DNA of 64,000 nt from Promethearchaeota archaeon (GTDB taxonomy: Archaea; Asgardarchaeota; Lokiarchaeia; Sigyniarchaeales; SOKP01): the NCBI GenBank assembly GCA_016839585.1, contig JAEOTZ010000004.1, positions 1 through 64,000 of the forward strand, given 5' to 3'. The position numbers and the translations under genes were made by a program. Under the pieces are notes generated by a model. That model saw nothing but the letters and a program-made list of their open reading frames with translations, was not told the DNA's origin and ran no database searches. The first letter of the stretch is position 1. The number at the start of each line of letters is the position of its first letter. Of this stretch, positions 10,173 to 20,256 are shown piece after piece.

Positions 10173-10985
10173 TTATCTTGTCCTGTGTTGCCAATTTTTT
10201 AATTTGGTATAGTGTCTAGAGAACATTATGTAGCAGATATCGGGTAAATCTTTATCTAGGTTATTAACAGTTATGTATCTAAGGATATGATTAATAGCGA
10301 AAATCCCTAAAAATTCAATATGATAACTATTGATTTTCTCTAAATTATCACCTGAATAAGAGATATCCAATCCTTTTTGATCAATATACTTAATTTCAGT
10401 TAAAATTTTTGGAAACATTTCTCTTTTAATTCTCCAACCTTCAGAAGTTTTCCAGACTTTTGCACCTAGAAAAGATTCCAGTTTGTTTTTATCTTTTTCC
10501 TTCAATAATTTGAAAGGTTCGCTTCTTTGAATCAGGACTTTTTCCATCATTTCAGTTTTTTTACTATATGTTTTTTCAAAAGGCATTTTACCCTTAATTT
10601 GTCTTTCTATAAAATCCATGACAATGTCAATAAAAGTAGCACTATCTTCCCCTGGAACCCAAGTAGCATGTTCCCCTGAAAAATAAAACTTAAATTCTGC
10701 TTCAATCTCATCACCAAATTCATCACCAAAATAGGAGTAAGCCATATGTATATTCACTTCAGGAAACATTTCAATTGTTATGGCCCAATCTTCACTCAAA
10801 CCGATATTTTCAATTTGCCCTCCCAAATCTTCATAGATAATTCTTTCTAATTTATCTTTATCTATTCCTACAAATAAATGATGTTTTGCTTTACTAACAT
10901 CTGCCAATTCTTTTTCATGTGGTCCTCTTACACCTGTAGCATCAATTTGGCCTACTGTCCAAAATTTTCTTTTATCTGCCGCCAT
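10173..10985 (-). CDS. hypothetical protein with two internal DUF3786-like repeats
   Basis: Repeated LG..W.I..EMFP motif (EDLGG..WAITIEMFPEV; SFLGA..WRIKREMFPKI). Confidence 0.55.
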   Translation of the reverse strand: MAADKRKFWTVGQIDATGVRGPHEKELADVSKAKHHLFVGIDKDKLERIIYEDLGGQIENIGLSEDWAITIEMFPEVNIHMAYSYFGDEFGDEIEAEFKFYFSGEHATWVPGEDSATFIDIVMDFIERQIKGKMPFEKTYSKKTEMMEKVLIQRSEPFKLLKEKDKNKLESFLGAKVWKTSEGWRIKREMFPKILTEIKYIDQKGLDISYSGDNLEKINSYHIEFLGIFAINHILRYITVNNLDKDLPDICYIMFSRHYTKLKNWQHRTR

Positions 10986-10990
10986 GTTAA

Positions 10991-12319
10991 TTACCCTTTT
11001 AATTGATTATATATTTCTTTTTTTTTGAATTTTCCTATGAAAAATCCTTGAGTATGGTGAACTGCTGGAAATAATCTACCAGTTCCCGCTATTTCAGAAC
11101 CATCGATTTTATAACTAGGTGAGAACCATTTTGGCAACTCTAAAGGTTCTAAATATTTTAAGAATTTTAATATCTGTAATTCTCCTTCTTCTGGATAAAG
11201 ACTACAAGTGGAGTAAACAAGAGTACCTTGGGGTTTTAATAAATTTAATGCATTTTTGAGGAGTTTTTCTTGAATAACAACATTTTGATGTAAGAAGTTT
11301 TCATTCTGACGCCATTTAAGTTCTGGGTTTGATAGAAATGTCCCACTACCAGTACAAGGAGCATCTAATAGAACTTTGTCAAAATAATTTTCAAATCTAA
11401 TAGGAAATTGAATACTGTCAGTATTCAGGAGGAATGTTCCCTTGACCCCTAATTTATATAATATTTTTTTCATTTCATTTATTCGGCTAAGTAAAAAATC
11501 ACTAGCAAAAATTTTTGCTTCATTTCTTGTATATTGGGCAATAAGACTAGTTTTCATTCCTGGTGCAGCACACATATCACAAATAAGTTCATTAGGATGT
11601 GGAGATAAAACATTAACAACCGCCACAGAACCTTTATGTTGAATAATTAAATTTCCTTTTCTGATAGATTTGGATATAATCTCTCTCTTATCAATAGGAA
11701 TGTGTATAATTTCAGGGATTTCTTGATCAATATGAAAATTAACATTATCTCTTTTTAAGCTTTTTTGAATTTCTTCAATTGTGCTATTTAAAGTGTTAAT
11801 TCTGACAGAGAATTCTGTGTAATTTTTTATATTATTCATATATTCTATGTTTTTTCCTATATCTTTAAAAGACATTACTGATCCTAGATGGTTAATAAAG
11901 AATGTGGGTATTGCTTCGTTTAAGCTTAAATTTTCGATTTTAGATTTTCCTTTAATCGCCTGTTCCCATTTAAAGGTACGGAGCTTCTTTAGAAATTGGT
12001 AAATATTTAGGTCTTCTTTTGAAACATTAAGTTCATTATATAATGAATTATTAGAAGCATTTTCCCAGAGAATGCGATATGTCATATAAAGATATAGAGC
12101 TTTACTTAATTGATCATATTCACTTTGTATATTTATCGATCTAAGAGTTTTCTTAATGATGAAATTTAATTTACTCCAGTATCTTACAATCTCATTATAA
12201 TAATGAAGAATTTTAGGATATCTATGGTGTTTTTCAGAAATAATCCCCGTTTCTCTAGAGATAAATTTATCTAAAAGACTTAAAATGATATCTAAATGAC
12301 CTTCTTTGATTTTATACAT
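10991..12319 (-). CDS. RsmB/NOP2-family RNA m5C methyltransferase
   Basis: DMCAAPGMKT, DAPCTGSG, YSTCS motifs. Confidence 0.92.
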   Translation of the reverse strand: MYKIKEGHLDIILSLLDKFISRETGIISEKHHRYPKILHYYNEIVRYWSKLNFIIKKTLRSINIQSEYDQLSKALYLYMTYRILWENASNNSLYNELNVSKEDLNIYQFLKKLRTFKWEQAIKGKSKIENLSLNEAIPTFFINHLGSVMSFKDIGKNIEYMNNIKNYTEFSVRINTLNSTIEEIQKSLKRDNVNFHIDQEIPEIIHIPIDKREIISKSIRKGNLIIQHKGSVAVVNVLSPHPNELICDMCAAPGMKTSLIAQYTRNEAKIFASDFLLSRINEMKKILYKLGVKGTFLLNTDSIQFPIRFENYFDKVLLDAPCTGSGTFLSNPELKWRQNENFLHQNVVIQEKLLKNALNLLKPQGTLVYSTCSLYPEEGELQILKFLKYLEPLELPKWFSPSYKIDGSEIAGTGRLFPAVHHTQGFFIGKFKKKEIYNQLKG

Positions 12320-12356
12320 CCTCTTCTTATTTATGCTTAAATTTAATTAAAATTAG

Positions 12357-13595
12357 CTACTCTGCAAATTGTTTAATAACAAGTTCTAATTCCTTTTCCT
12401 TAATAAATTTCTTTTTAGTGATGGTAGAATGGACCTCTTTCATAATTTGAGGTAGAAACTTCTCGCAATTTTTAATTCCCATCTGTCGGCATTTCATTTT
12501 AACAGCATCTCCATGTAGGGTTGTTGGACCAAAAATGATATTCTCTTCTTGACCAACGATTTCTGGCCTATAAGGTGTAAAACACATCCAATACTTATCT
12601 TTCTCTAAAGCACTCATTACATGTAATTCACTTTCATGTAAGAAAGTATTTCTCCCTACTATTGGCTTATTATATGGCAATGGTACACCTGATACCTTTT
12701 CTATAAACTTACAGAAATCATAAAGCTTAGATAGTTCTATTCCCGTATCAACTCCATAGAGCATTTCTAAAGCTACAATAACTTCTTCAAAAGAAGTATT
12801 TCCTGCACGATCTCCAAGTTTATTTGCTATTAAATCTATATAAATTGCTCCTTGCTCTACTGCTGCAATTGTGGAAGCCGTACCTAACCCAAAATCATCA
12901 TGGACATGTATTCCGATAGGGATATCTTTTACTAAAGGCTTAATTTCCTTAATCAAATAAGAAATAGCTGGAATATTACAAGCACCAACTGTATCATACA
13001 ACATTACCATATTTGCACCAAACTTTACACCTTTTTCGATTGCTTTCTTTAAAATATTAATATCTGAACGTGTAGCATCCACACAATCTAATATTGCCTT
13101 ACCTCCTAATCGCTTTATTCTCTTTAAAACAGATGGAATTAGACTAACCATAACATCGGGAGAGATATTTTCATCACCTGTAAACAATTGAAGTTGCCAC
13201 TTAGTTAAAACAATTCCAAATCCAATATAATCTAATTTGGCTTCTAATGATTTCTTAATTTCATCAGTCCAACGCGAGGGGTTTGAGCTTAAATGAGAAT
13301 ATGTTTTTAATTTTAACCCTAATTCTTTAATATGATTGGCAAGATCCCATTGATCCTGAACTTGACCAATATAGCCACAATCAATATGCTCTACACCTAG
13401 TTCTTCTAATTGTTCCACAATTTTAATTTTCTGATCTAATGTATAATATACACCTGGTGTTTCCTCTCCTTCTCTAATAATAGAATCTCTTACATAAACC
13501 CTTTTTGGGAGATTGAAAGAATCTCTTAAATCATCAGAGTAATTCAATGGTGAGACCCACCATTTATTATTAAACCATTTTGTTTTTTCTTCCAT
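12357..13595 (-). CDS. DRE-TIM metallolyase (isopropylmalate/homocitrate/citramalate synthase family), no regulatory domain
   Basis: RDSIIREGEETPG, HVHDDFGLG, LGDRAGN, FLHESELH. Confidence 0.85.
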   Translation of the reverse strand: MEEKTKWFNNKWWVSPLNYSDDLRDSFNLPKRVYVRDSIIREGEETPGVYYTLDQKIKIVEQLEELGVEHIDCGYIGQVQDQWDLANHIKELGLKLKTYSHLSSNPSRWTDEIKKSLEAKLDYIGFGIVLTKWQLQLFTGDENISPDVMVSLIPSVLKRIKRLGGKAILDCVDATRSDINILKKAIEKGVKFGANMVMLYDTVGACNIPAISYLIKEIKPLVKDIPIGIHVHDDFGLGTASTIAAVEQGAIYIDLIANKLGDRAGNTSFEEVIVALEMLYGVDTGIELSKLYDFCKFIEKVSGVPLPYNKPIVGRNTFLHESELHVMSALEKDKYWMCFTPYRPEIVGQEENIIFGPTTLHGDAVKMKCRQMGIKNCEKFLPQIMKEVHSTITKKKFIKEKELELVIKQFAE

Positions 13596-13645
13596 AATTT
13601 TCCCATCTATTAAAATTATTTTTTTCTTATTTTATAGAATTTTAT

Positions 13646-14857
13646 CTACCTTACAATCTTTTTAGCTAAATCTTCAAGTTCTTTTTCAGAAATGAAATTC
13701 TTAGTTTGAAGTCTTTCCTTAATTTTATCACGAATGATATTTAAATGACTATTAGTAGGATTTAGGTTCATTTTTTTCAATTTTGCTTTTATTGCCCTAT
13801 CTTGAAGGGTAGTTGCTCCAAATATCAGCTTTCGTGTCTGACCAACCACATAAGGTTGAAATAATTCCCAAGTAACCCAATTACCGAGTAAAATCTGCTC
13901 AACGTGTAAATCAGATTCATGTATAAAACAATTTTTTCCTACAATAGCTTTATGAGATTGCAAAGGGGTTTTGCTATACTTTTCGATAAGTTGAGAAACC
14001 TCCATAATTTTTCCTAATTTTAAATTTAGATTAAACCCATACAAAATCTCAAGAGCCATTATAACTTCTTCAGTTGCCGCATTTCCTGCTCTATCTCCTA
14101 AACCATTAAATACCACATCAACAACTTCAGCTCCTCCTTCTACTCCTGCAAGGGTAGTTGCCACGGCTAATCCAAGATCATTATGCGTATGGACTTCTAT
14201 AGGTATATCTTTAACTATATTTTTAGTAAAAACGACTGTTTCTTTAAATGCTAATGGCAACGCACATCCGTTTCCATCATAAACCACCACCCGATCTACT
14301 CCAGCATCTACAGCAAGTTGCAAAAATTTTTGCCAAAATCGTGGAATAACACGACCAGAACCAAAAGCTACATATGCTCCCTGAGATTTTGCATATTCTA
14401 TACCTTCGGCTATTCTATCAAACACTTCTTTCTTAGTTTTTAAAGTGGGGCTGGGGACGAGTAAGAAATTAATATAATCTGCTTCTGAAGCTAAGATATC
14501 ATCAACTTCTTTTTTTACATCTTCCACATACATTCTCGCGTGTGATGATAATTTCATTTTTATGCCTTCTTTTTTAAGAGCTTTAAAAGTGTCACTATGT
14601 TCTTTAATTCCTGCAGCATATCCTACTTCAATTTCTTTTATTCCCATTTCTTCCAATAATTTAGCAATTTCAACCTTTTGGTCAATAGTAAAATAGGTTC
14701 CTGGTGTCTCTTCACCCTCTCTTAATGTGTCATCTTTAACAATTATTTTCTCTGGCAATTTCATTTGATTTCTTACTGATTCTGCAAAATTCCATTCATA
14801 ACTCCACCAACGTTGTTCTTTATCCATTCGCATCGAAGCCCACGCATTTAACCACAA
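13646..14857 (-). CDS. second DRE-TIM metallolyase paralogue
   Basis: KDDTLREGEETPG, HTHNDLGLA, LGDRAGN, FIHESDLH; TTG start 6 nt after AAGGTGA. Confidence 0.85.
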   Translation of the reverse strand: MWLNAWASMRMDKEQRWWSYEWNFAESVRNQMKLPEKIIVKDDTLREGEETPGTYFTIDQKVEIAKLLEEMGIKEIEVGYAAGIKEHSDTFKALKKEGIKMKLSSHARMYVEDVKKEVDDILASEADYINFLLVPSPTLKTKKEVFDRIAEGIEYAKSQGAYVAFGSGRVIPRFWQKFLQLAVDAGVDRVVVYDGNGCALPLAFKETVVFTKNIVKDIPIEVHTHNDLGLAVATTLAGVEGGAEVVDVVFNGLGDRAGNAATEEVIMALEILYGFNLNLKLGKIMEVSQLIEKYSKTPLQSHKAIVGKNCFIHESDLHVEQILLGNWVTWELFQPYVVGQTRKLIFGATTLQDRAIKAKLKKMNLNPTNSHLNIIRDKIKERLQTKNFISEKELEDLAKKIVR

Positions 14858-15010
14858 AAATTTTCACCTTAAAGATTTTATTATCGTATACTTTTGATTA
14901 ATATATTAGAAATTATTCAATAAACTAATATTTAAGAAATAAATTTTATGCTTTTTTAATATTCAACAAATCATACTGATCATTATAAAATTCAAAGATT
15001 TGGAATTAAA

Positions 15011-15742
15011 ATGTGGCTTATATTAATAATATGGATTGTTGTTATTTTCATTGCTACGATATTCATTAGTCAATATATTAAAATGCAAAAACGAGAGGAT
15101 GTTGCAATTGCATTTTTTATCCTATTTATTACAATGTCCCAGATTCTAGCAGCAAAAATTGGAGATTTTAGCATTGGTGATTTTGAAATAACAGCTCCAG
15201 TTGCAGTACTTATATTTCCTTTTACATTTCAAATAACTGATATGGTAAATGAGAATTTTGGGCAAAGAAAAACCCATAGAATGATTTTTATCGCTTTTAC
15301 TACACAAATTCTTATGACTAGTTTTATTTGGTTCAGTATTGAAATCCCTGGTGGACCTTATTGGAGTAGTGAAGCTCAAGGATATTGGTTAGAATTTTTA
15401 GGCTCTACGGTGAGAATAATCGTGGCTTCATGGATTGCTTTCCTTATAACCGAGAATCTTGATGCTGTTTTATTTGCGAAACTTAAGAAATTTACTAAAA
15501 ATAAAAATTTATGGATAAGAAATGTATTTAGTGATGTACCTACACTTGCTTTAGATAGTTTGATTTTCGTTACTATAGCATTTATTGGTGAATTTCCAAT
15601 ATGGCCTGTTATTTGGGGGCAAATTTTAACGAAATGGTTCTTTGGAGTTCTTGATACACCATTTATGTATTTATCTCGAGGAATTATAAACGAAAAAATT
15701 AATCTTCTAGGAGGATTATTTACAAGAAAGGAAGATCAATAA
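15011..15742 (+). CDS. yhhQ: queuosine/7-deazaguanine precursor transporter (YhhQ/VUT family)
   Basis: AAKI, FPFTFQITDMVNENFG, RIIVASWIAFLI, WIRN..S, DSLIFVTIAF motifs. Confidence 0.85.
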   Translation: MWLILIIWIVVIFIATIFISQYIKMQKREDVAIAFFILFITMSQILAAKIGDFSIGDFEITAPVAVLIFPFTFQITDMVNENFGQRKTHRMIFIAFTTQILMTSFIWFSIEIPGGPYWSSEAQGYWLEFLGSTVRIIVASWIAFLITENLDAVLFAKLKKFTKNKNLWIRNVFSDVPTLALDSLIFVTIAFIGEFPIWPVIWGQILTKWFFGVLDTPFMYLSRGIINEKINLLGGLFTRKEDQ

Positions 15743-15801
15743 AATACAAATTATTATTGAAATAAAAAAAAATTAGGATTTAAAATTTTTAATTTAATTT
15801 T

Positions 15802-16668
15802 CTATTTTTTCTTCATTATAACGTAAATAACACAAAGTATTGTGCCGATTGAAGTGCCTGTTAAAACCAGAAGTTCGAATCCCGGGATTTCTTCGGCTGA
15901 AGGAGTAACTAATACCGTCTCATAAGCTGTAGTTCCATTATTATGTACTAATTTATATCCTAAAAATGTCCCATATGATTTGGAATACCTCCAAGTTTCA
16001 GTACAATTTACAAAATAGTTACCAAACCAACCAAAATAAATTGGTTTTGCAATAGTAATAGTAATAGTATGAGTGACTGTTGTACCGTCAATTAGATAAT
16101 CATTATCCCAAAGAAGATCAGCTAAATAGTCCTCTGCTGGAACAAGAAGTCCATTTAAGTAGCCTAATGCGTTTCTCTGAGAAACATTTCCTGCAAAAAG
16201 AGATATAAAAACGCCTAACAATTGACAATATGTGGTAAGATTTTCTGGATGCGAAAAAATTACTGTAGGAACATTAGAAGCATCAGGACTACTTTCATTA
16301 AAAGGGTCTGTTGTCCAATACCATACATCTGAAAGGATTAAACATGCATCAACAGGAGCCATCGGGATAAAAGGATAGACAGTTGAAGTGTCATGTATAT
16401 AGCTAGTATTTACATATGTTATTTTTGATTTCATTTTTGCTCCAGCAACACTCGAACCTGGTAAAAATGACATTTCAATGGTGGTTTGCCAAGTAGGACC
16501 AAAAATAGCCTCCAATGTACCATTATTAACAGTTTTAACTTTCCAAGTAGCTTCTGCGCCAACAACTCCCGTACAATTATATGGAGTGCCTTGAACTGAT
16601 ACAATTGGACTACCCAACATTATGAAAATTAAAAGAAATCCAATTAGGGCATAAGATGTCTTTTTCAT
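15802..16668 (-). CDS. secreted/surface protein with IPGF-TM-KKK C-terminal sorting signal (Loki-CTERM/PGF-CTERM-like)
   Basis: Signal peptide; many NxS/T sequons; EEIPGFEL + hydrophobic helix + KKK. Confidence 0.8.
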   Translation of the reverse strand: MKKTSYALIGFLLIFIMLGSPIVSVQGTPYNCTGVVGAEATWKVKTVNNGTLEAIFGPTWQTTIEMSFLPGSSVAGAKMKSKITYVNTSYIHDTSTVYPFIPMAPVDACLILSDVWYWTTDPFNESSPDASNVPTVIFSHPENLTTYCQLLGVFISLFAGNVSQRNALGYLNGLLVPAEDYLADLLWDNDYLIDGTTVTHTITITIAKPIYFGWFGNYFVNCTETWRYSKSYGTFLGYKLVHNNGTTAYETVLVTPSAEEIPGFELLVLTGTSIGTILCVIYVIMKKK

Positions 16669-16852
16669 TTTAAATCACATTTCTCGTTTTAAAATTTTTA
16701 ATTTAAAATTGCTATTGTTATAATTATTTACTATTTTGGTATATAAACATTTCTTACTAATAACTGATTTTTTAAATTCTGGTAAATTTAAAAGACTAGT
16801 TGGGATTATAGATTATATTGAAAAAATTAAATTATTAATAGGTGATTAAATT

Positions 16853-17629
16853 ATAGAATATTTTTCACCTGAAAAGGGATTTGAGATTGCTTATGAAATT
16901 ACTGGTGTAAGTAATGGGCCAAAAATGGTTTTGATTCATGCCTTATTTTTAAATAGTGATTGTTGGAGAGAACAATTGCTAGTATTTGAATCTAAATTTA
17001 ATATATTAAGATATGATTTACGAGGACATGGAAGGACAACCAAACCTAGAAAACGCTTCACAATTAGAAATTATGTAGACGATCTTTATGCTTTACTTAC
17101 TCATCTTAATTGGACTCAAGATCTTTATTTAGTAGGACACTCTTTAGGAGGTATAATTGCTTTAGCATATGGAGTATTATATCCAGCTCCTATTAAAAAA
17201 ATGGTGGTAGCAGATAGTTTTTGTTTTATAAGCCAAGAAGCAATAACAGATGTTTTAGGTCGTATTAATAGTAACAAGCTTGAGAATTTTGCAAAGGGTA
17301 TCAGTATAAGAGGATTAAGTCCATTTAATGAAGAAACTGCTAAATTTGTAGCGAATTTAGTAACAAACCATATGACAAAGAAAGATTTACTTCGAGCAAC
17401 AGCAGCTTCAGCTGGATTTAATATATGTGAAAATCTTAAATCATTAAAAATCCCCGTTTTAGTCCTAGTAGGCAAAAAAGACATAACTACTCCTGTGTGG
17501 GCTAGCGAAATGATACATGAATGGTTACCTCAATCAGAGCTAGTTATAATGCCTGATTCTGGGCATCTGACAATTTTTGATCATCCAAAAGAATTTAATG
17601 ATCTTGTTTTATCATTTTGGGAAAAATAA
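16853..17629 (+). CDS. alpha/beta hydrolase (probable ATA start upstream of the ATG at 16925)
   Basis: YDLRGHG, GHSLGG nucleophile elbow, D and GH catalytic residues; in-frame extension IEYFSPEKGFEIAYEITG after AGGTGA. Confidence 0.85.
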   Translation: MEYFSPEKGFEIAYEITGVSNGPKMVLIHALFLNSDCWREQLLVFESKFNILRYDLRGHGRTTKPRKRFTIRNYVDDLYALLTHLNWTQDLYLVGHSLGGIIALAYGVLYPAPIKKMVVADSFCFISQEAITDVLGRINSNKLENFAKGISIRGLSPFNEETAKFVANLVTNHMTKKDLLRATAASAGFNICENLKSLKIPVLVLVGKKDITTPVWASEMIHEWLPQSELVIMPDSGHLTIFDHPKEFNDLVLSFWEK

Positions 17630-17661
17630 AAAAAACACATTTAAAATTAAATTTAGATCTT

Positions 17662-18681
17662 TTAACCCCATTTAATTACTCCAGCATTCCATGCCCAGCC
17701 AATTCCTGCGGCAGTAAGTACTACAATATCTCCATCCTTAATTTTGCCATTTTTAATACCATATTCTAAAGAAATTATCCCATCATTCTGTCCATTATGA
17801 CCGATATTTTCTAGATATGTTGCCTGTTTATAAGGATCTACACCAACAGCTTTTGCAACATACTCAAATGCACTTCTTTTCATATGTAATAATGCTAAGT
17901 AATCAATATCTTCTTGCCTATACCCTGATTGCTCCAAAGCATCATCGATAACTTTAACAAAAGAATCCATTGAATATTTATCCAATCTTTCCTTTAAACC
18001 TTCAGGATCTGGAACATCCAAATAGGTTAAATCTTGTTCGATAGCTTCAGCTGATATAGGTTCAATTGTCCCTCCAGCGGGAACATATACATCATCAGCA
18101 AATCTTCCATCTGATATTGCAGAAATTCCTAAAATTTCATTAGTTTTATAATCAGCTCTAATAATAGCAGCTACCCCACTTGCAGCAAGACTAATCATAA
18201 ATCGAGATCTTTGATTCTTATAATTAATTAAATCAGAATTTCTATAACCACTTGCTACTAATACTCTTTTGATATTTGGGTTAGTTTGTATTAGACTTTT
18301 TGCCAATAACATGCCAACTAAAAATGTACCACATCTTTGATTTATATCGAAAGCCCATGATCGCCTAGGATTCCCTAAAAGTTGCTGCAATTTTATTCCG
18401 TATGTCATCATTGGTCGTTCAGCATAAACCTCACCTGCCCATATAATTAAATCAAGATCATTTGCTGTTATATTAGCTCTCTCAAGTGCCTGAAAACTTG
18501 CCTTTGCTCCCATAGCAACGGTATGATCTTCAACTCCGGGGATCGTTTTGCTTTTTAAGCCAAATTTTTTCTCAATTATATCTTTAGGAATTCCAGTTTG
18601 TATAGAAATATATTCACTAGTATGACGTTCTTTAGGGAGATAAATCCCCCAAGATTCTAATCCAACAGGACGAAAAACCAT
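17662..18681 (-). CDS. 3-oxoacyl-ACP synthase III (FabH-like) condensing enzyme
   Basis: GIYLP, FDINQRCG catalytic Cys, LLHMK, GHNGQND, AAGIGWAW. Confidence 0.85.
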   Translation of the reverse strand: MVFRPVGLESWGIYLPKERHTSEYISIQTGIPKDIIEKKFGLKSKTIPGVEDHTVAMGAKASFQALERANITANDLDLIIWAGEVYAERPMMTYGIKLQQLLGNPRRSWAFDINQRCGTFLVGMLLAKSLIQTNPNIKRVLVASGYRNSDLINYKNQRSRFMISLAASGVAAIIRADYKTNEILGISAISDGRFADDVYVPAGGTIEPISAEAIEQDLTYLDVPDPEGLKERLDKYSMDSFVKVIDDALEQSGYRQEDIDYLALLHMKRSAFEYVAKAVGVDPYKQATYLENIGHNGQNDGIISLEYGIKNGKIKDGDIVVLTAAGIGWAWNAGVIKWG

Positions 18682-18692
18682 ATAATCTCCAC

Positions 18693-20243
18693 CTATTCCA
18701 ACTCTCTTTTTAGAATTTTACCAGTAGCACTCGTTGGAAGAGTATCTCGTATTTCAAAATATTTTGGGACTTTATATCTTGCTAACCTTTCAACTAAATA
18801 ATTTCGGATTTCATTAGTTGTTGCCTTTTCTCCCTTTTTTAGAGTTATGATTGCTTTACCTACTTCACCCCATTTCTCATCTAGCACGCCTATCACAGCA
18901 GCTAAGTCAATCGCTGGATGTTTAAAAAGTAGCTCTTCAATTTCAACAGGATAGACGTTTTCTCCTCCACTAATATACATTTCTTTTCTACGTCCCACAA
19001 TATAATAAAATCCTTCTTCATCTTGCATCGCTAAATCTCCAGTATGTACCCAACCATCTGGTTCAATCGTTTTATTTGTTTCTTCTGGTTCATCCCAATA
19101 TCCTGAAAATATATGAGGGCCTCTAAGCAAAAGTTCTCCAACATCTCCTTGTTTTACGAATTCATCTGTTTTGGTATCAATTATTTTCATATCGCAATGA
19201 AATACGGGTAAACCAACTGAAGTAGGTTTTTGCTTGATTTTATCTTCAGGAAGGTAAAAATTATTCGGTCCAACTTCAGTTAATCCATACCCCATTTTAA
19301 ATAGTTTATTTTTTGACCAATAGTTTTCCATAATTGCAACTGGACATGGTGCTCCCCCTGAAATGAAAATTCTAACTGAATCAAATTTTACATCTTGAAA
19401 TTCGGGAGCGTTTGCCATCATATGAAACATTGTAGGAACCCCAATCACAATCGTGCATTTTTCTTTCTCGATAATTCTGATAGTATCTTCTGGATTGAAA
19501 TCGCCCATTAATATAGTTTTAGCTCCAAGATGATAAAAAGGAACCAAGAGTACATTCCATCCACCTGTATGAAATAATGGAAAAAGTAGTGGTTGAATAT
19601 CATCTGCTCTTAAACTCCATGAAAGTATGGTATTTACCGAATTCCAAAAAATTAACCTATGAGGGAGAGTTGCTCCTTTAGGAAGACCTGTTGTACCACC
19701 TGTAAATAAGATTAGGTGTGGATCTTCGAAATTTATAACTGGTCTCTCAATGGGAGTACTTGAGAACCTATGTATTAAATCTAGAGATGAAGGATCACTT
19801 AAAATTGCTTTTTTTCCCATAACAACGTATTTTGACACCAATTTTTTTTCTTTTATTTCAATTACTTGAGATTCTAATTTTGGTTCATAGAACAAAATAG
19901 ATGGTTTAGTTTTCTTAATTAGATAGTCTAATTCTTGAATAGAGAGTCTTACATTGAATGGAACTAAAATAGCTCCAATTTTTCCTGTCGCTAAAAAGAG
20001 ATCAACACATTCAATCCTGTTTGTAGAAAACATAGCTACTCGGTCTCCTTTTGAAATCCCTTTATCCCTCAAGGCACGAGCGAGTTGATTCGCTCTGAAA
20101 TTAAGCTCCTTATACGTGTATACTTTCTTTTCTATATTATCAAAAATAGCTTCACGATTAGGTGTTAACATTGCCCGACGTCCAGACCAATCTCCAATCC
20201 AAGAGAAATCTTCGGATATTAAATTTTCTCCCGCTTTAACCAT
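18693..20243 (-). CDS. long-chain acyl-CoA synthetase (AMP-binding)
   Basis: FTGGTTGLPKG, GYGLTE, HTGDLA, ISGGENVYP, GKILK. Confidence 0.92.
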   Translation of the reverse strand: MVKAGENLISEDFSWIGDWSGRRAMLTPNREAIFDNIEKKVYTYKELNFRANQLARALRDKGISKGDRVAMFSTNRIECVDLFLATGKIGAILVPFNVRLSIQELDYLIKKTKPSILFYEPKLESQVIEIKEKKLVSKYVVMGKKAILSDPSSLDLIHRFSSTPIERPVINFEDPHLILFTGGTTGLPKGATLPHRLIFWNSVNTILSWSLRADDIQPLLFPLFHTGGWNVLLVPFYHLGAKTILMGDFNPEDTIRIIEKEKCTIVIGVPTMFHMMANAPEFQDVKFDSVRIFISGGAPCPVAIMENYWSKNKLFKMGYGLTEVGPNNFYLPEDKIKQKPTSVGLPVFHCDMKIIDTKTDEFVKQGDVGELLLRGPHIFSGYWDEPEETNKTIEPDGWVHTGDLAMQDEEGFYYIVGRRKEMYISGGENVYPVEIEELLFKHPAIDLAAVIGVLDEKWGEVGKAIITLKKGEKATTNEIRNYLVERLARYKVPKYFEIRDTLPTSATGKILKRELE

Positions 20244-20256
20244 CTAAATCAATCAC

